A stretch of DNA of 64,000 nucleotides from Promethearchaeota archaeon (GCA_016840085.1 JAEOTA010000081.1:96001-160000); one strand, 5' to 3'. Shown: positions 21,418 through 31,792, counted from the stretch's first letter. Numbers and translations: made by a program. The notes: a model not told the origin generated them from the sequence alone.

Positions 21418-21540
21418 TTAAGATCCATTTAACTCTATAAAAGATTCAATTAATTGTTCCCATTTTTTTATTATTCTTTCCATACTAAAGAATTTTACTT
21501 TTTGTAATTTAGAATTAATTAAAAAATTAGAAGTACTCAT
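21418..21540 (-). pseudogene. 3' tail relic of a GT4
   Basis: ...KVKFFSMERIIKKWEQLIESFIELNGS* resembles the terminal helix of 26452..27597 (RAEFFNIERINSYWINLLESF). Confidence 0.55.
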
Positions 21541-21738
21541 ATATCAAAAACTTCTTTAGAGGAAGTTCTTAAGAATACTTATTATTGGTATATTAAGATG
21601 CTCTGATTTAGTGACATATTAATATACATTTATAAAATATTTTTTCATAATGCTCAACTTAATTATATTGAAAAACAAACTTAAGAATAAAAAAGAGAAG
21701 CTGTATCAATAAATCCAAAAAAAAAAGAGAAAATAAAA

Positions 21739-22929
21739 ATGAACATTTTACGAATTAGTACTAGAATTTATCCTGATGTCGGAGGACCAGCAAAACAAGT
21801 GAGAATTTTATCTGAATTTCTTTCAAATAATAACTTTTCATCATTTAATATTACATGTTTACCTAAAAATAAATATAATATTAAAAAAGAGAAAATTAAC
21901 AATAATTTTATAATTTATTATTTACCTCTTCATGCTCCTGGAATTAATCTAAGTGTTTTTAGATATTTAGGTTTTTTTATTAAATATCTTATTTATGGAC
22001 TCTTTAAATCTATTAAAATACATAGAAAATATCGTGTAGACATCATTCATGCTCATACTCCACCACCTACTGGTTTTATCGCTTATATTATGTCCAAAAT
22101 TTTTAGAATTCCATATTTTTATACAATCCATGGTTTAGATTATCCTCTTTTTAATCTTGATATAAAAACAGTTGTAAAAAATTCTAAAAAGACATTTACT
22201 ATAACTAGAAAAATTGAAAATTATTTAAAATACAATTTTAAATTAAATAATATTAATTGGTTTTATAATGGAATAGAAACATCAAAATATTTTCATATAA
22301 ATACCATAGAACAAAAAGAGCATATTATAGAACAGTTAAAACTTAATTCTATAATAAAAAGAAATGATTTTATTATCATATATATAGGTTATATGATTTT
22401 TCAACAAAAAGTTAAAGGAATGATTGATTTTCTACATGGTTTTAACTTATTTTTAAAAGATCTAGATGAAAATGAAAGAAGAAGAATTAAATTATTATAT
22501 ATAGGAGAGGGAAAGTACTCTTCTAATTTGGAAAGAAAAATAAGTGAGTTTAATTTAAAAAATAATACTTTTATTTTAGGAAAAAGAAAAGAGATAAAGG
22601 AAATATTAGCTATTACGGATTTATTAGCCTTAACATCCTATATAGAAGGATTTCCAAATGTTATATTGGAAGCAATGGCATCAAAAGTTCCTTGTTTGGG
22701 AACTAATGTAGGGGAAATCAAATTTATAATAGGGGAAACTGGTTATATTGTTGAACCGGGTGATATTAAAAATATTAAAAATATATTACAAAAATATATT
22801 AACTCTTTAAACTTAAATCAGTATGAATTAATGAATAAAGCATTATTTAGAGTAAGAAAACTCTTCGATATAAAAATTATTGGAAAGAAGTTGTTGAATG
22901 AGTATATAAAATTAAAAATGAATGTTTAA
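21739..22929 (+). CDS. Glycosyltransferase family 4
   Basis: YPDVGGPA, YIGYMIFQQKVKGMIDF and EGFPNVILEAMASKVP. Confidence 0.92.
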   Translation: MNILRISTRIYPDVGGPAKQVRILSEFLSNNNFSSFNITCLPKNKYNIKKEKINNNFIIYYLPLHAPGINLSVFRYLGFFIKYLIYGLFKSIKIHRKYRVDIIHAHTPPPTGFIAYIMSKIFRIPYFYTIHGLDYPLFNLDIKTVVKNSKKTFTITRKIENYLKYNFKLNNINWFYNGIETSKYFHINTIEQKEHIIEQLKLNSIIKRNDFIIIYIGYMIFQQKVKGMIDFLHGFNLFLKDLDENERRRIKLLYIGEGKYSSNLERKISEFNLKNNTFILGKRKEIKEILAITDLLALTSYIEGFPNVILEAMASKVPCLGTNVGEIKFIIGETGYIVEPGDIKNIKNILQKYINSLNLNQYELMNKALFRVRKLFDIKIIGKKLLNEYIKLKMNV

Positions 22930-22984
22930 AATAAATTTTAAAAAAATTGCTTTACCAAAAACAACAAAAAAGTTTTAAAAGATA

Positions 22985-23397
22985 TATTAGCGGCTATTTT
23001 CTTATTGACGACGAACGCATTCATTCAATCGCCGAATGTTAAAAAAATAAATTTTATAAAAATCGAAAAGAGTACGGAGGTCGTTGGCGGTAAGAAATTT
23101 CTTATCGAGAATGCAATCCCTTTATAATCTAATCAACCAGCGCCGACCCGAACGTGAGGAACTTCTACTTTATTATTAGCCTGTTGCTTTACAACTTCTG
23201 GATAATTATGACTTTATTTCTTCACAAAAAGAGGTATTGGTTACCAAAAGAGCCAAAAGGGTATTTTAAAGAAAACTTCAAGATTATTTTGTTGATAGTA
23301 TTACAATATTTCATGAGCAGTACCCAACCCATCTCAAAATTTTGTCGAACTAAACAATTATTAAGAAAAAGGTATATTTTTATTTAGTCCAATACTG
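22985..23397 (+). mobile_element. Degraded 3' end of an IS4-superfamily (ISH3-like) insertion sequence
   Basis: Locally GC-richer. Translates KEYGGRWR*EISYRECNPFII*STSADPNVRNFYFIISLLLYNFW, matching the Y-xx-R-W-x-I-E and TS...R.FYF...LYN.W signature. Ends in ...gtccaatactg (reverse complement CAGTATTGGAC), resembling an ISH3-type terminus. No left end or target duplication found. Confidence 0.75.
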
Positions 23398-23429
23398 ACT
23401 AACTAATAAAAAATTTAGAAACTGATAAT

Positions 23430-25172
23430 ATGTCTTCTAATGATAATTTAAAAAAAGAATATCTTAGATTCGGAATAATGTGCGATGATCTCTCATTCAA
23501 CAAATTTCAAATCAAAACAATAAAAAATATTTTAGAATTAGATTATGTAGCCTTAAAATTAATAATAATTAATAATGGCCCAAAAAATAAAATAAAAAAG
23601 AATAAAGGTTTCTTTTATTATTTGAATCATTTTATATATGGGATATATAACCATTTAAATGGACCAGAAATTCTTGAACGAATAGATTGTTCTAATTTTT
23701 TTCAAAAAATACCTAAAATTAATTGTAAATATAAGTTAAAGGGAAAATATTCTCAATACTTCTTAAAAAAAGATATTGAACAAATAAAATCTTACAAACT
23801 CGATTTTATTTTAAGATTTGGATTCAATATAATTCGGGGAGAGATTTTAAAAACAGCAAATTATGGTGTTTGGTCTTTCCATCATGGTGATGAGATGAAA
23901 TATAGGGGAGGGCCTCCCTGTTTTTGGGAAATATATTATTCAGATCCTATTACTGGTTGTGTTTTACAGAGATTAACAAACATATTAGATGGAGGGATAA
24001 TTCTTAAAAAAGGATATTTTATTACTCAACTTCTTTCTAGCTTTAAAAAGAATAGACAAAATTTGTATAAAAGTACCATTAATTGGCCAAAACAAGTATG
24101 CATAGATATTCATAATGGTAATGCTAATTATCTTTTAAACAAGCCCAGTAAATCTAATGCATCAATATATCGGGCACCAAAGAATAATGAAATGGGAAGA
24201 TATTTTTTAAATCGTTTAAAATATTTTATAAAATATTACAAAGCAACGTTTCTAAAATTTCCCCTATTAATTAGAAGAGAATTTTGGAATATAGGAATTA
24301 TTAATCAACCTATTGAAAATGTTTTAGATAATAATTCTAAATTTTTTGATAAGGTTAAATGGGTATCAAAAATCTTCGATTTTAAGTTTAGAGCAGATCC
24401 ATTTGGGATTAAATATAAAGGGAACTATTATATTTTCTTTGAAGAATATGATTATAAAAAAGAAAATGGACATATCTCTTGTGTAAAAATTAAGAAAAAC
24501 GGAGATTTAACAAATCCGTCTATTGCAATAAATCCAAAAGAACACTTATCTTATCCTTTCTTATTTAAATATAAGGAAGAAATTTATTGTCTACCAGGAA
24601 GAAAAAAATATGGAATTAGTTTATACAAAGCAATTGATTTTCCAAAAAAATGGAAAAGACAATGTGTTTTACTTGAGAATAAAAGGTTTTCTGACAGTAC
24701 AATTGTAAAATATAAGAATTTATGGTGGCTTTTTACATATAACCATGAAGATTGTGGGTTATATTTATTTTATTCCAAGAATCCTCTTGGAAATTGGGCA
24801 CCCCATAAGAAAAATCCTGTTAAACAAGATATTAGATCTTCAAGACCTGCTGGAACTTTATTTTTTAAAGATAATTTCCTATTTAGACCTTCAATGGATT
24901 TATCAATTCATTATGGAAGACAAATCTTTTTAAATAGAATAAAAAAGTTAAATAAGAATGATTTTAAAGAAGAGACTATTAAAATTATTGAGCCTAAAGA
25001 AAATTGGAAATATCAAAAAGGTATACATACCCTATCTAGAATAGATCAAAAATATACACTGATAGATGCAAAAGATTATAAAATCATGCCCCATTCTTTA
25101 TCTCAGTTAAGAAAATTCATAAAAACTGAAATTAAGAATATATCTATGAGTTTTATCCATTCAAACAATTGA
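23430..25172 (+). CDS. Formyltransferase-like N-terminal domain + beta-propeller (GINT1-N/GH43-like) fusion
   Basis: WSFHHGDEMKYRGGPPCFWE...LQRLTNILDGG parallels the formyltransferase HxSLLPxYRG/D-x-G motifs. The C-terminal half has ADPF, HLSYPFLF, DSTI, RPAG and GIHT blades. Confidence 0.7.
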   Translation: MSSNDNLKKEYLRFGIMCDDLSFNKFQIKTIKNILELDYVALKLIIINNGPKNKIKKNKGFFYYLNHFIYGIYNHLNGPEILERIDCSNFFQKIPKINCKYKLKGKYSQYFLKKDIEQIKSYKLDFILRFGFNIIRGEILKTANYGVWSFHHGDEMKYRGGPPCFWEIYYSDPITGCVLQRLTNILDGGIILKKGYFITQLLSSFKKNRQNLYKSTINWPKQVCIDIHNGNANYLLNKPSKSNASIYRAPKNNEMGRYFLNRLKYFIKYYKATFLKFPLLIRREFWNIGIINQPIENVLDNNSKFFDKVKWVSKIFDFKFRADPFGIKYKGNYYIFFEEYDYKKENGHISCVKIKKNGDLTNPSIAINPKEHLSYPFLFKYKEEIYCLPGRKKYGISLYKAIDFPKKWKRQCVLLENKRFSDSTIVKYKNLWWLFTYNHEDCGLYLFYSKNPLGNWAPHKKNPVKQDIRSSRPAGTLFFKDNFLFRPSMDLSIHYGRQIFLNRIKKLNKNDFKEETIKIIEPKENWKYQKGIHTLSRIDQKYTLIDAKDYKIMPHSLSQLRKFIKTEIKNISMSFIHSNN

Positions 25173-25495
25173 TTATAATAGGAGAATATTAATTATGGAA
25201 TTTATTATTGGAGGTTATCTTAATAAGCCTAAAGTAACGATTCACAGAGCAATAGATTATTTTGAGAATAGGTTTTCTCTAACTTTTGATTCTAAGGGAA
25301 TTTTAGAAGGAAATTATTTAATGGGAATTTTTAAAGATTTTTAAAAATAAAATACCTTATTTGATTGATAAGAATTATTTGAGCTTTTCATTAACATCAT
25401 AATTCAATTCTTTATCTTATTAATCTTCAAAATTTTAAAATATAAAAGACTTCAAAAATTAATAATAATTAAATTTTAACAGATTAATTGATCAG

Positions 25496-25877
25496 ATGGA
25501 TTCTTTCATAAACAAATTAAAGCTAAAATCCCAAGAATATTTTGCGAATTATAAATTCGCAGATTATTTATCTTTCCTTAGGCAATCTCAATTTTTTAGC
25601 AATAAAAAAATATTAGAAATTCAAAACAATAAACTAAGAAACCTATTAAATTATAGTTCTCAAAATATAAGGTCTTATAACAATCTTTTTAAGAAAATCA
25701 ATATAAAACCATCAGATATTAAATCAAATGAAGATTTAACAAAACTTCCTGTAATGACAAAAGATAGCTATAGAAATGATTTCCCAGATAAATTTGTAAA
25801 TTTAAGAGCAAATAAACAAGATCTCTTTTTAAATTTTACATCAGGATCAACTGGTAATCCCTTTAAATTTTTTGAAA
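25496..25877 (+). pseudogene. Phenylacetate-CoA ligase/CapK family, N-terminal fragment
   Basis: QNNKLRNLL...Y...DLTKLPVMTK...FTSGSTGNPFKF (ANL P-loop), then an abrupt switch to GT4 sequence. Confidence 0.85.
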
Positions 25878-26416
25878 ATCATATATAGGTTATATGATTT
25901 TTCAGCAAAAAATTATGGGAATGATTGATTTTCTACATGGGTTTAACTTATTTTTAGAAGATCTAGATGAAGATGAAAGAAAGAAAATTAAATTATTATA
26001 TATAGGAGAGGAAAGGTACATTTCTAATTTGGAAAGAAAAATAGGTGAACTTAATTTAAAAAATAATACTTTTATATTAGGAAAAAGAAAAGAAATAAAA
26101 GAAATATTAGCTATTATGGATTTATTAGCCTTAACATCTTATATAGAAGGATTTCCAAATGTTATATTGGAAGCAATGGCTTCAATGGTTCCATGTTTAG
26201 CAACTGATGTAGGAGAAGTTAAATTTATTATAAGCGACACAGGATATATTATCGAACCAGGAGATGTTAATAATAAAAAAAAAGAAGTTAAATGAATTTC
26301 TTAATTTATCAGTAGAAGAACGAAATAAATTGGCAGAAAAAGCATTTGTTAGAGTAAAATATCATTTTGATATTAATTCAGTTGGAAAAAAGTTGATTAA
26401 CCTATATTCTTTTTAA
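25878..26416 (+). pseudogene. 3' half of a GT4, near-copy of 22375-22760, frameshifted
   Basis: Nucleotide near-identity to 21739..22929 starts at atcatatatagg. After a shift in the A-run near 26275-26283 the frame reads KKLNEFLNLSVEERNKLAEKAFVRVKYHFDINSVGKKLINLYSF*. Confidence 0.85.
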
Positions 26417-26451
26417 AATAATTCATTCAAACTATTTACAAATTTTCTATT

Positions 26452-27597
26452 TTAGAAAGATTCAAGTAAATTTATCCAATAGCTATTAATTCTCTCAATA
26501 TTAAAAAATTCGGCTCTTTTTAGAGAGATCTCTGAATATCTTTTTAATAATTTTTTATCCCTTGCTAAAATCATCATTTTTTCCGCTAAATCTTCAGAAT
26601 CCTTAACATTTACTAAAAACCCATATCTTCCATTATCTAAAATTTCACTTGGTCCTGTTTCACAGTTAGTTGATATAATTGGAAGCCCACATGCTAATGC
26701 TTCAATTAGGACCATTGGGAGACCTTCATATAGGGAAGAAAATACAAAAATATTTGATTTCTCAAGATACTTAAAAGGATTTTTCTTAAATCCAAGAAAA
26801 ATTACATCCTCGTCTAAATTCTTATTTTTTGTATATAATTCTAACTCATTTTTTAATGGTCCATCTCCTATAAATATCAATTTAGAATTTGGAACTACCT
26901 TTTTTAGAATGGAAAATGCTTTAATTAAGTATCTATGTCCTTTTGATTCTATTAACCGTCCTATCGTAATAAATTTGATTAAATCATCATCATTAAAGAT
27001 TTTTTCAAATTCTAAATAAATTTCTTTTTTCATTTCTTTGATTTTAGCAATGTTAATTCCATTGTAGATAGTTTCTAATTTGTTTTTTCTAATTCCATAT
27101 TTTGTGTGAAAAATATTTTGTACTTCTTTAGAGATTGTAATAATTTTATCCACTACTTTTGAAGAGTAAAAGAGTTTCAATAACAAATTGAGATAATTTT
27201 TACGTTGTTTATAAGCAATTTTAGGATTAGTGTGTGTTGAAACAATTAATGGAATTTTAAATCGAAATAGAAATTTTGACAATATTGAATAAATATTTGT
27301 GAGATCCATATTAGATAAAATAATATCAGGGGAAATCTTTTTTATTATTTTATAGATTCTAAAAGGTCTAATGAAAGTATAAAATTTAAATAAACTTAGA
27401 ATTTTTCCTCTTAATCCTATATTCTCTCTTAACGAATAATAATTTCCTTTAAACGGATAAAGATTTTTAAAATCGTGAATAGTTAATATAAAAATATAAT
27501 AATTCTTCGATAAATGTGTTGTTAAATTTGATATCGCTCTCTCCGCCCCTCCTCCTCTCTTTAAAGAATGTATTACTATTAATACTTTTTTCTTCAT
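26452..27597 (-). CDS. Glycosyltransferase family 4 (PglJ/WabH-like)
   Basis: GGGAER, IYNGIN, IGRLIESKG, NPFKY and EGLPMVLIEALACGLPIISTNCETGPSEIL. Confidence 0.93.
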   Translation of the reverse strand: MKKKVLIVIHSLKRGGGAERAISNLTTHLSKNYYIFILTIHDFKNLYPFKGNYYSLRENIGLRGKILSLFKFYTFIRPFRIYKIIKKISPDIILSNMDLTNIYSILSKFLFRFKIPLIVSTHTNPKIAYKQRKNYLNLLLKLFYSSKVVDKIITISKEVQNIFHTKYGIRKNKLETIYNGINIAKIKEMKKEIYLEFEKIFNDDDLIKFITIGRLIESKGHRYLIKAFSILKKVVPNSKLIFIGDGPLKNELELYTKNKNLDEDVIFLGFKKNPFKYLEKSNIFVFSSLYEGLPMVLIEALACGLPIISTNCETGPSEILDNGRYGFLVNVKDSEDLAEKMMILARDKKLLKRYSEISLKRAEFFNIERINSYWINLLESF

Positions 27598-27837
27598 TGG
27601 ATGATTAATATTGATTAATTAATTAGAATATTTTGATTATTTTTGTTTATTTTCTTTCTTTCTTTTTTAATATCTTATTAGCTTTTTCTATATAATCTTA
27701 AAAACTAGTATATTAATCATATTAAATAAATTAATTAAATTGAAAATAATTTTTATAAATAGTTTTAAAAAAAGACTCTCTTTGAAAGTTATTGATTAAA
27801 TTGAATTTTACCAACTAAGACTATTTATATTAGAATA

Positions 27838-29046
27838 ATGAAAATTGCTGTAATAACAAATCACATACCTTCTAAATGGGCACATAGTATAAACACCATG
27901 AAAATTGCTGAAGGTTTATACAGATTAGGTCATTTAATTGAAGTTTTAGTTGTTCAGAGAGCAAAAGAAGATCTCAATAGGTTAATCATTAAAGATATTC
28001 ATAATTTTTATGGAATCAATAAAAAAATTAAAATAAAATTTTTTAGAGATTATTCCATTAATTATTTTAAAGAAATTAGATACACTGGACCAATTTTAAA
28101 TAAATTATTTGATCTTTTTGCTAGAATTATACCTAAATTAGCGGTTCGTCTTGATCCTGAAAAGAGAATTAGTAAATATTGTAAAAAAAGTGATTTTGAT
28201 TTAACTTTTTGTCGTTCAGCTTATCACACAGTTTATTATAACGTTATTAATGAAATCCCTACAATACTCGATTTACATGGATATCTCATTCCTGAATTAA
28301 TTCATATTGTAAAATTAACAAATAGTAAATATTTTAAGGGAATAATGACGTTAAATGAATTTCTGAAACAAAAACTTATACAAATTGGTTTTCATGCTGA
28401 AAAAATTGTATTTATGGAAAATGCAGTTGATATAGACAAGTTTGATAGAATTACAAATGACAAGAAAAAGCTTAGGAAAAAACTAAATTTACCCTTAAAC
28501 AAGATAATAATTTTATATTCAGGAATTATATCTGATGACAGAGGAATTGATATTATATTAAATGCTTCTAATTATTTGGATGCTGAAAATATTTCATTTT
28601 ATTTTTTAGGAGTTGGTAAGAGAAAAAATTCAATTAAAAAATGGAAAAATTATATAAAAAGAAATAAAATAGAATCAAACGTTAATTTTTTAGGGTTTAA
28701 ACCAAGAATATTTATTCCATTTTATCTAAAAGCAGCAGATATTCTATTAGCAACATATTCGGCACATTGTATAATTAAAAATTATACATCGCCAGTTAAA
28801 CTTATTGAATATAGGGCTTCAAAAATACCTATAATTGTTACAGAAATAGGAAGGCTTAAAAAATTATGCAATAAAAATGAGTGTTTATTCATTAAAGTGG
28901 ATGATCCGAAAGATTTAAGTGAAAAGATTGAAATCTTACTTACAAATATCGAACTAAGAGATATGATAATTGAAAATGCTTATAATAAAGCAAAGAGATT
29001 TATTCTAGAAAAAAGATCTCAAAAAATTCTTGAATTGTTAAGATAA
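27838..29046 (+). CDS. Glycosyltransferase family 4
   Basis: PSKWAHSINTMK, ENAVD, YSG and TSPVKLIEYRASKIPII. Confidence 0.9.
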   Translation: MKIAVITNHIPSKWAHSINTMKIAEGLYRLGHLIEVLVVQRAKEDLNRLIIKDIHNFYGINKKIKIKFFRDYSINYFKEIRYTGPILNKLFDLFARIIPKLAVRLDPEKRISKYCKKSDFDLTFCRSAYHTVYYNVINEIPTILDLHGYLIPELIHIVKLTNSKYFKGIMTLNEFLKQKLIQIGFHAEKIVFMENAVDIDKFDRITNDKKKLRKKLNLPLNKIIILYSGIISDDRGIDIILNASNYLDAENISFYFLGVGKRKNSIKKWKNYIKRNKIESNVNFLGFKPRIFIPFYLKAADILLATYSAHCIIKNYTSPVKLIEYRASKIPIIVTEIGRLKKLCNKNECLFIKVDDPKDLSEKIEILLTNIELRDMIIENAYNKAKRFILEKRSQKILELLR

Positions 29047-29059
29047 TCAAACAAAAGAT

Positions 29060-30427
29060 ATGAGTGGTTTTCCAATGAAACAATCTATGAATGCTCAATA
29101 TTTTATAAATATTCTAAATAACATATTTGCTAAAATAGAATTTTGTATTTTCAATCTGAAAGATAGATTTCCAAATATTGGAAGATTATTAGCATTTGGA
29201 TGGCATATTGTTTATAGAATTAAAATCAAAATAGAAAAAAAAGCTATACAAATAAAAGCTAAAATACAATATGGTAATGATATATTTGATTTTGATAAAA
29301 TCTATTGGATAAATCCTCATAAAATAAAAAATTATATAACAGTTAAACTCGATAAGCGGGATAATTATTCTAGAATAATAAGTGGTAATTGGGATCGATC
29401 AATAAAGACTTTTGAAGAATTATCAGTTTATAAAGCATTTATAAAAAGATTTAAAGAAGGAAAAAAATGGGAAGAAACTCAATTTTATAATCGCGTACTA
29501 AATGAAGTGATTAGCAGTAAAGAGAAATGGGGTTGTAACAATAAGCAAGCATTAGATGCTAGGTTTAGGGGATTAGATTTATTATATAAGGAGATTAAAA
29601 AAAATGGTTATAAATCACAAAAAGAGATATATTCTTCTAAACGATTATTTGAAAAATTAGAAAAACATGTTATTGATAATGAGGTTGCTATAGCGATTGG
29701 CAGAGGCGGGCAAATTTTATTTGTAGATGGAAGACACAGGCTCTCAATTGCTAAAATGCTCAATATCCCCAAAATTCCAGTTATGATTGCTACAAGACAT
29801 AAAAAATGGATAGATTTTAAGAAAGAATTATATTATTTTTCTAAAAGTCGTCAATCCGAAAAGCTTTATCAAACCCTTACTCATCCTGACCTTCAAGATA
29901 TTCCTTTTCTTCATGGAGATACCCGTTATAATATGATAAAAGAAAATATCTCTCATTCTAAAGGGACTCTTCTTGATATTGGAGCAAACTTAGGATATTT
30001 TTGTCATAAATTTGAGGATGATGGATTTGATTGTTTTGCAGTTGAAAATAATCCTATTTATAAGTATTTTTTAAGAAAATTAAAAAAATCAGAAGAGAAA
30101 AAGTTTAAGATAATTTCAGAATCCATTTTTGATTATAAAAAAGATCAAGACTTAAACTTTGATGTTGTATTGGCTTTAAATATATTTCATCACTTCTTAA
30201 AGACAAAAGAAAATTATATTAATTTAATTAATCTATTAAAAAGAATTAAAACTAATGAGTTTTTTTTTGGAGCACATTTACCAAAGCAACTTCAAAAGAT
30301 AAATGCTTATCGAAATTATAATCCAGATGAGTTTGTAGATATTATAATCAATAATTCCTGTTTAAACAAATCGAAATTACTTGGTAAAACCAGCGATGGG
30401 AGATCACTTTTTAAACTCTCAAAATAA
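29060..30427 (+). CDS. ParB/sulfiredoxin-like domain fused to a class I SAM methyltransferase
   Basis: LYKEIKKNGY...IAIGRGGQILFVDGRHRLSIAKMLNIPKIPV (ParB/Srx DGxHR motif), followed by LLDIGANLGYF...FDVVLALNIFHHF (methyltransferase motif I and beyond). Confidence 0.75.
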   Translation: MSGFPMKQSMNAQYFINILNNIFAKIEFCIFNLKDRFPNIGRLLAFGWHIVYRIKIKIEKKAIQIKAKIQYGNDIFDFDKIYWINPHKIKNYITVKLDKRDNYSRIISGNWDRSIKTFEELSVYKAFIKRFKEGKKWEETQFYNRVLNEVISSKEKWGCNNKQALDARFRGLDLLYKEIKKNGYKSQKEIYSSKRLFEKLEKHVIDNEVAIAIGRGGQILFVDGRHRLSIAKMLNIPKIPVMIATRHKKWIDFKKELYYFSKSRQSEKLYQTLTHPDLQDIPFLHGDTRYNMIKENISHSKGTLLDIGANLGYFCHKFEDDGFDCFAVENNPIYKYFLRKLKKSEEKKFKIISESIFDYKKDQDLNFDVVLALNIFHHFLKTKENYINLINLLKRIKTNEFFFGAHLPKQLQKINAYRNYNPDEFVDIIINNSCLNKSKLLGKTSDGRSLFKLSK

Positions 30428-30611
30428 GATATTTTATTAAAAAACTCTATATGCAAAAGCCCTTACGAGTTTTTTAAAATATAAATAATTTTATGCGAAT
30501 TTTCTCTTAAGGGTAAAAATTTTCATGCAATTTCCCCCAAAAGAAAAGAAATTAAAAGTTTTAGAAGTAGGGAGTGATCTTGAATTTGAAAAAAAAATTA
30601 GATTAATAATA

Positions 30612-30662
30612 ATGGAACATTAGTTATAAATTCACATTACTTGAAGATTTAAGAATACCATA
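30612..30662 (+). repeat. 51-bp direct repeat, copy 1
   Basis: atggaacattagttataaattcacattacttgaagatttaagaataccata; 47/51 identical to 31793..31843. Confidence 0.9.
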
Positions 30663-30725
30663 TTTTTTATTTATTAGTATTAAAGAGTACTAGGGTTTTA
30701 CTTATAATTGAAATAAAAAATAAAT

Positions 30726-31577
30726 TTATTTTTTTAAAAAATAAAACCTTTCATTAGCATTCAATCCGAATTTTTTTATATTTTTTGGTCCTAAATTTTT
30801 AGCATAATCTATAACCCTGACATGAAATCCAACTTTTTCAACCCTTTGTTTAAAATCAAGTCCATATATTCTTACATGATCTTCACGCCCAAAATGAAGT
30901 AAACGATCTTTTGGTTTTAGTATTTTTTGAATTTCATATGTCTTTTTTCTCTCTCTATTTAATGGTATTTGTATTATTCCCCATCCTTTTGTTTTTAATA
31001 CTCTATATAATTCTTTCAAAGCTAAATGATCATCTTTTATATGCTCTAATACGTGAGAACATATTATTACATCAAAAATATTATTCTTAAAGCTGAGGTT
31101 AGTAATATCATTTCGAATTAAAATATTAGAAGAATTAAGATTTGTAGTAATATATCTGATATTGTTATGGTTTCTAAATAAATTTTTTAAACTACTATTT
31201 GGAGTAAAATGCAATAATTTTATATTTCTTGAAAAAAAAGTAGTTTTTGTTTTAAGAAAAATAATTAGAAGTCTATGCCTTTCCAAAGATCCACATATTG
31301 GGCATAATGCTGATTTTCTCATTTTGAAACCATAAGAGTTAAATTTTCTTAAATATCTTCCACAACACGAGCATAAATTTGATTTACCACTCCAAAAATT
31401 AATCTTAATTTTATAGTAGATTATATTAATTAATTTATAAAACCAGCTATTCAGAAAAATAAATTTATAAGATAGATGTAATTTAAATAAGTCTTTAATC
31501 TTCTTAAAGATGGTAATCATTAAATCAATTAAATTGATACGTTTGTTTTTTATTCCTATTTCTTTTAACCCATTCAT
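30726..31577 (-). CDS. Class I SAM methyltransferase-like protein with an N-terminal Zn-ribbon
   Basis: CSCCG...CPICGSLERHR, LLHFTP, FDVIICSHVLEHI and FGREDHVRIYG. Confidence 0.85.
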   Translation of the reverse strand: MNGLKEIGIKNKRINLIDLMITIFKKIKDLFKLHLSYKFIFLNSWFYKLINIIYYKIKINFWSGKSNLCSCCGRYLRKFNSYGFKMRKSALCPICGSLERHRLLIIFLKTKTTFFSRNIKLLHFTPNSSLKNLFRNHNNIRYITTNLNSSNILIRNDITNLSFKNNIFDVIICSHVLEHIKDDHLALKELYRVLKTKGWGIIQIPLNRERKKTYEIQKILKPKDRLLHFGREDHVRIYGLDFKQRVEKVGFHVRVIDYAKNLGPKNIKKFGLNANERFYFLKK

Positions 31578-31792
31578 ATAATCTTTTAAAAATTCAGTGC
31601 ATTAATATTAAAAAATAATTTAAAATTTTAATTTTATATTAAAATATAAATTTGTTAATTTAGATTTTTCATGTGAAAAAATTATAGATATTAAAATTAT
31701 TTTCTCTCTAGTCAAACTTATTTAATATTTAACTTCATTACCTTTTATATTCATTATTTGGATTATAAAGATTAAAATTTCGAGTAATAAAT

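Noticed and set aside
25195-25344. 49-aa ORF (MEFIIGGYLNKP...) with an upstream AGGAG
   Set aside because: Possibly a gene fragment, but it has no recognisable motif, so support is too weak to call.
26275-26283. Homopolymer phase variation
   Set aside because: A/T runs are everywhere at this base composition, and this frameshift lies in a gene that is already truncated.
29060-30427. Chromosome-partition ParB or a DNA methyltransferase
   Set aside because: No HTH, no parA, no parS-like repeats and no DPPY/NPPY or PC motif; the context is glycosylation.
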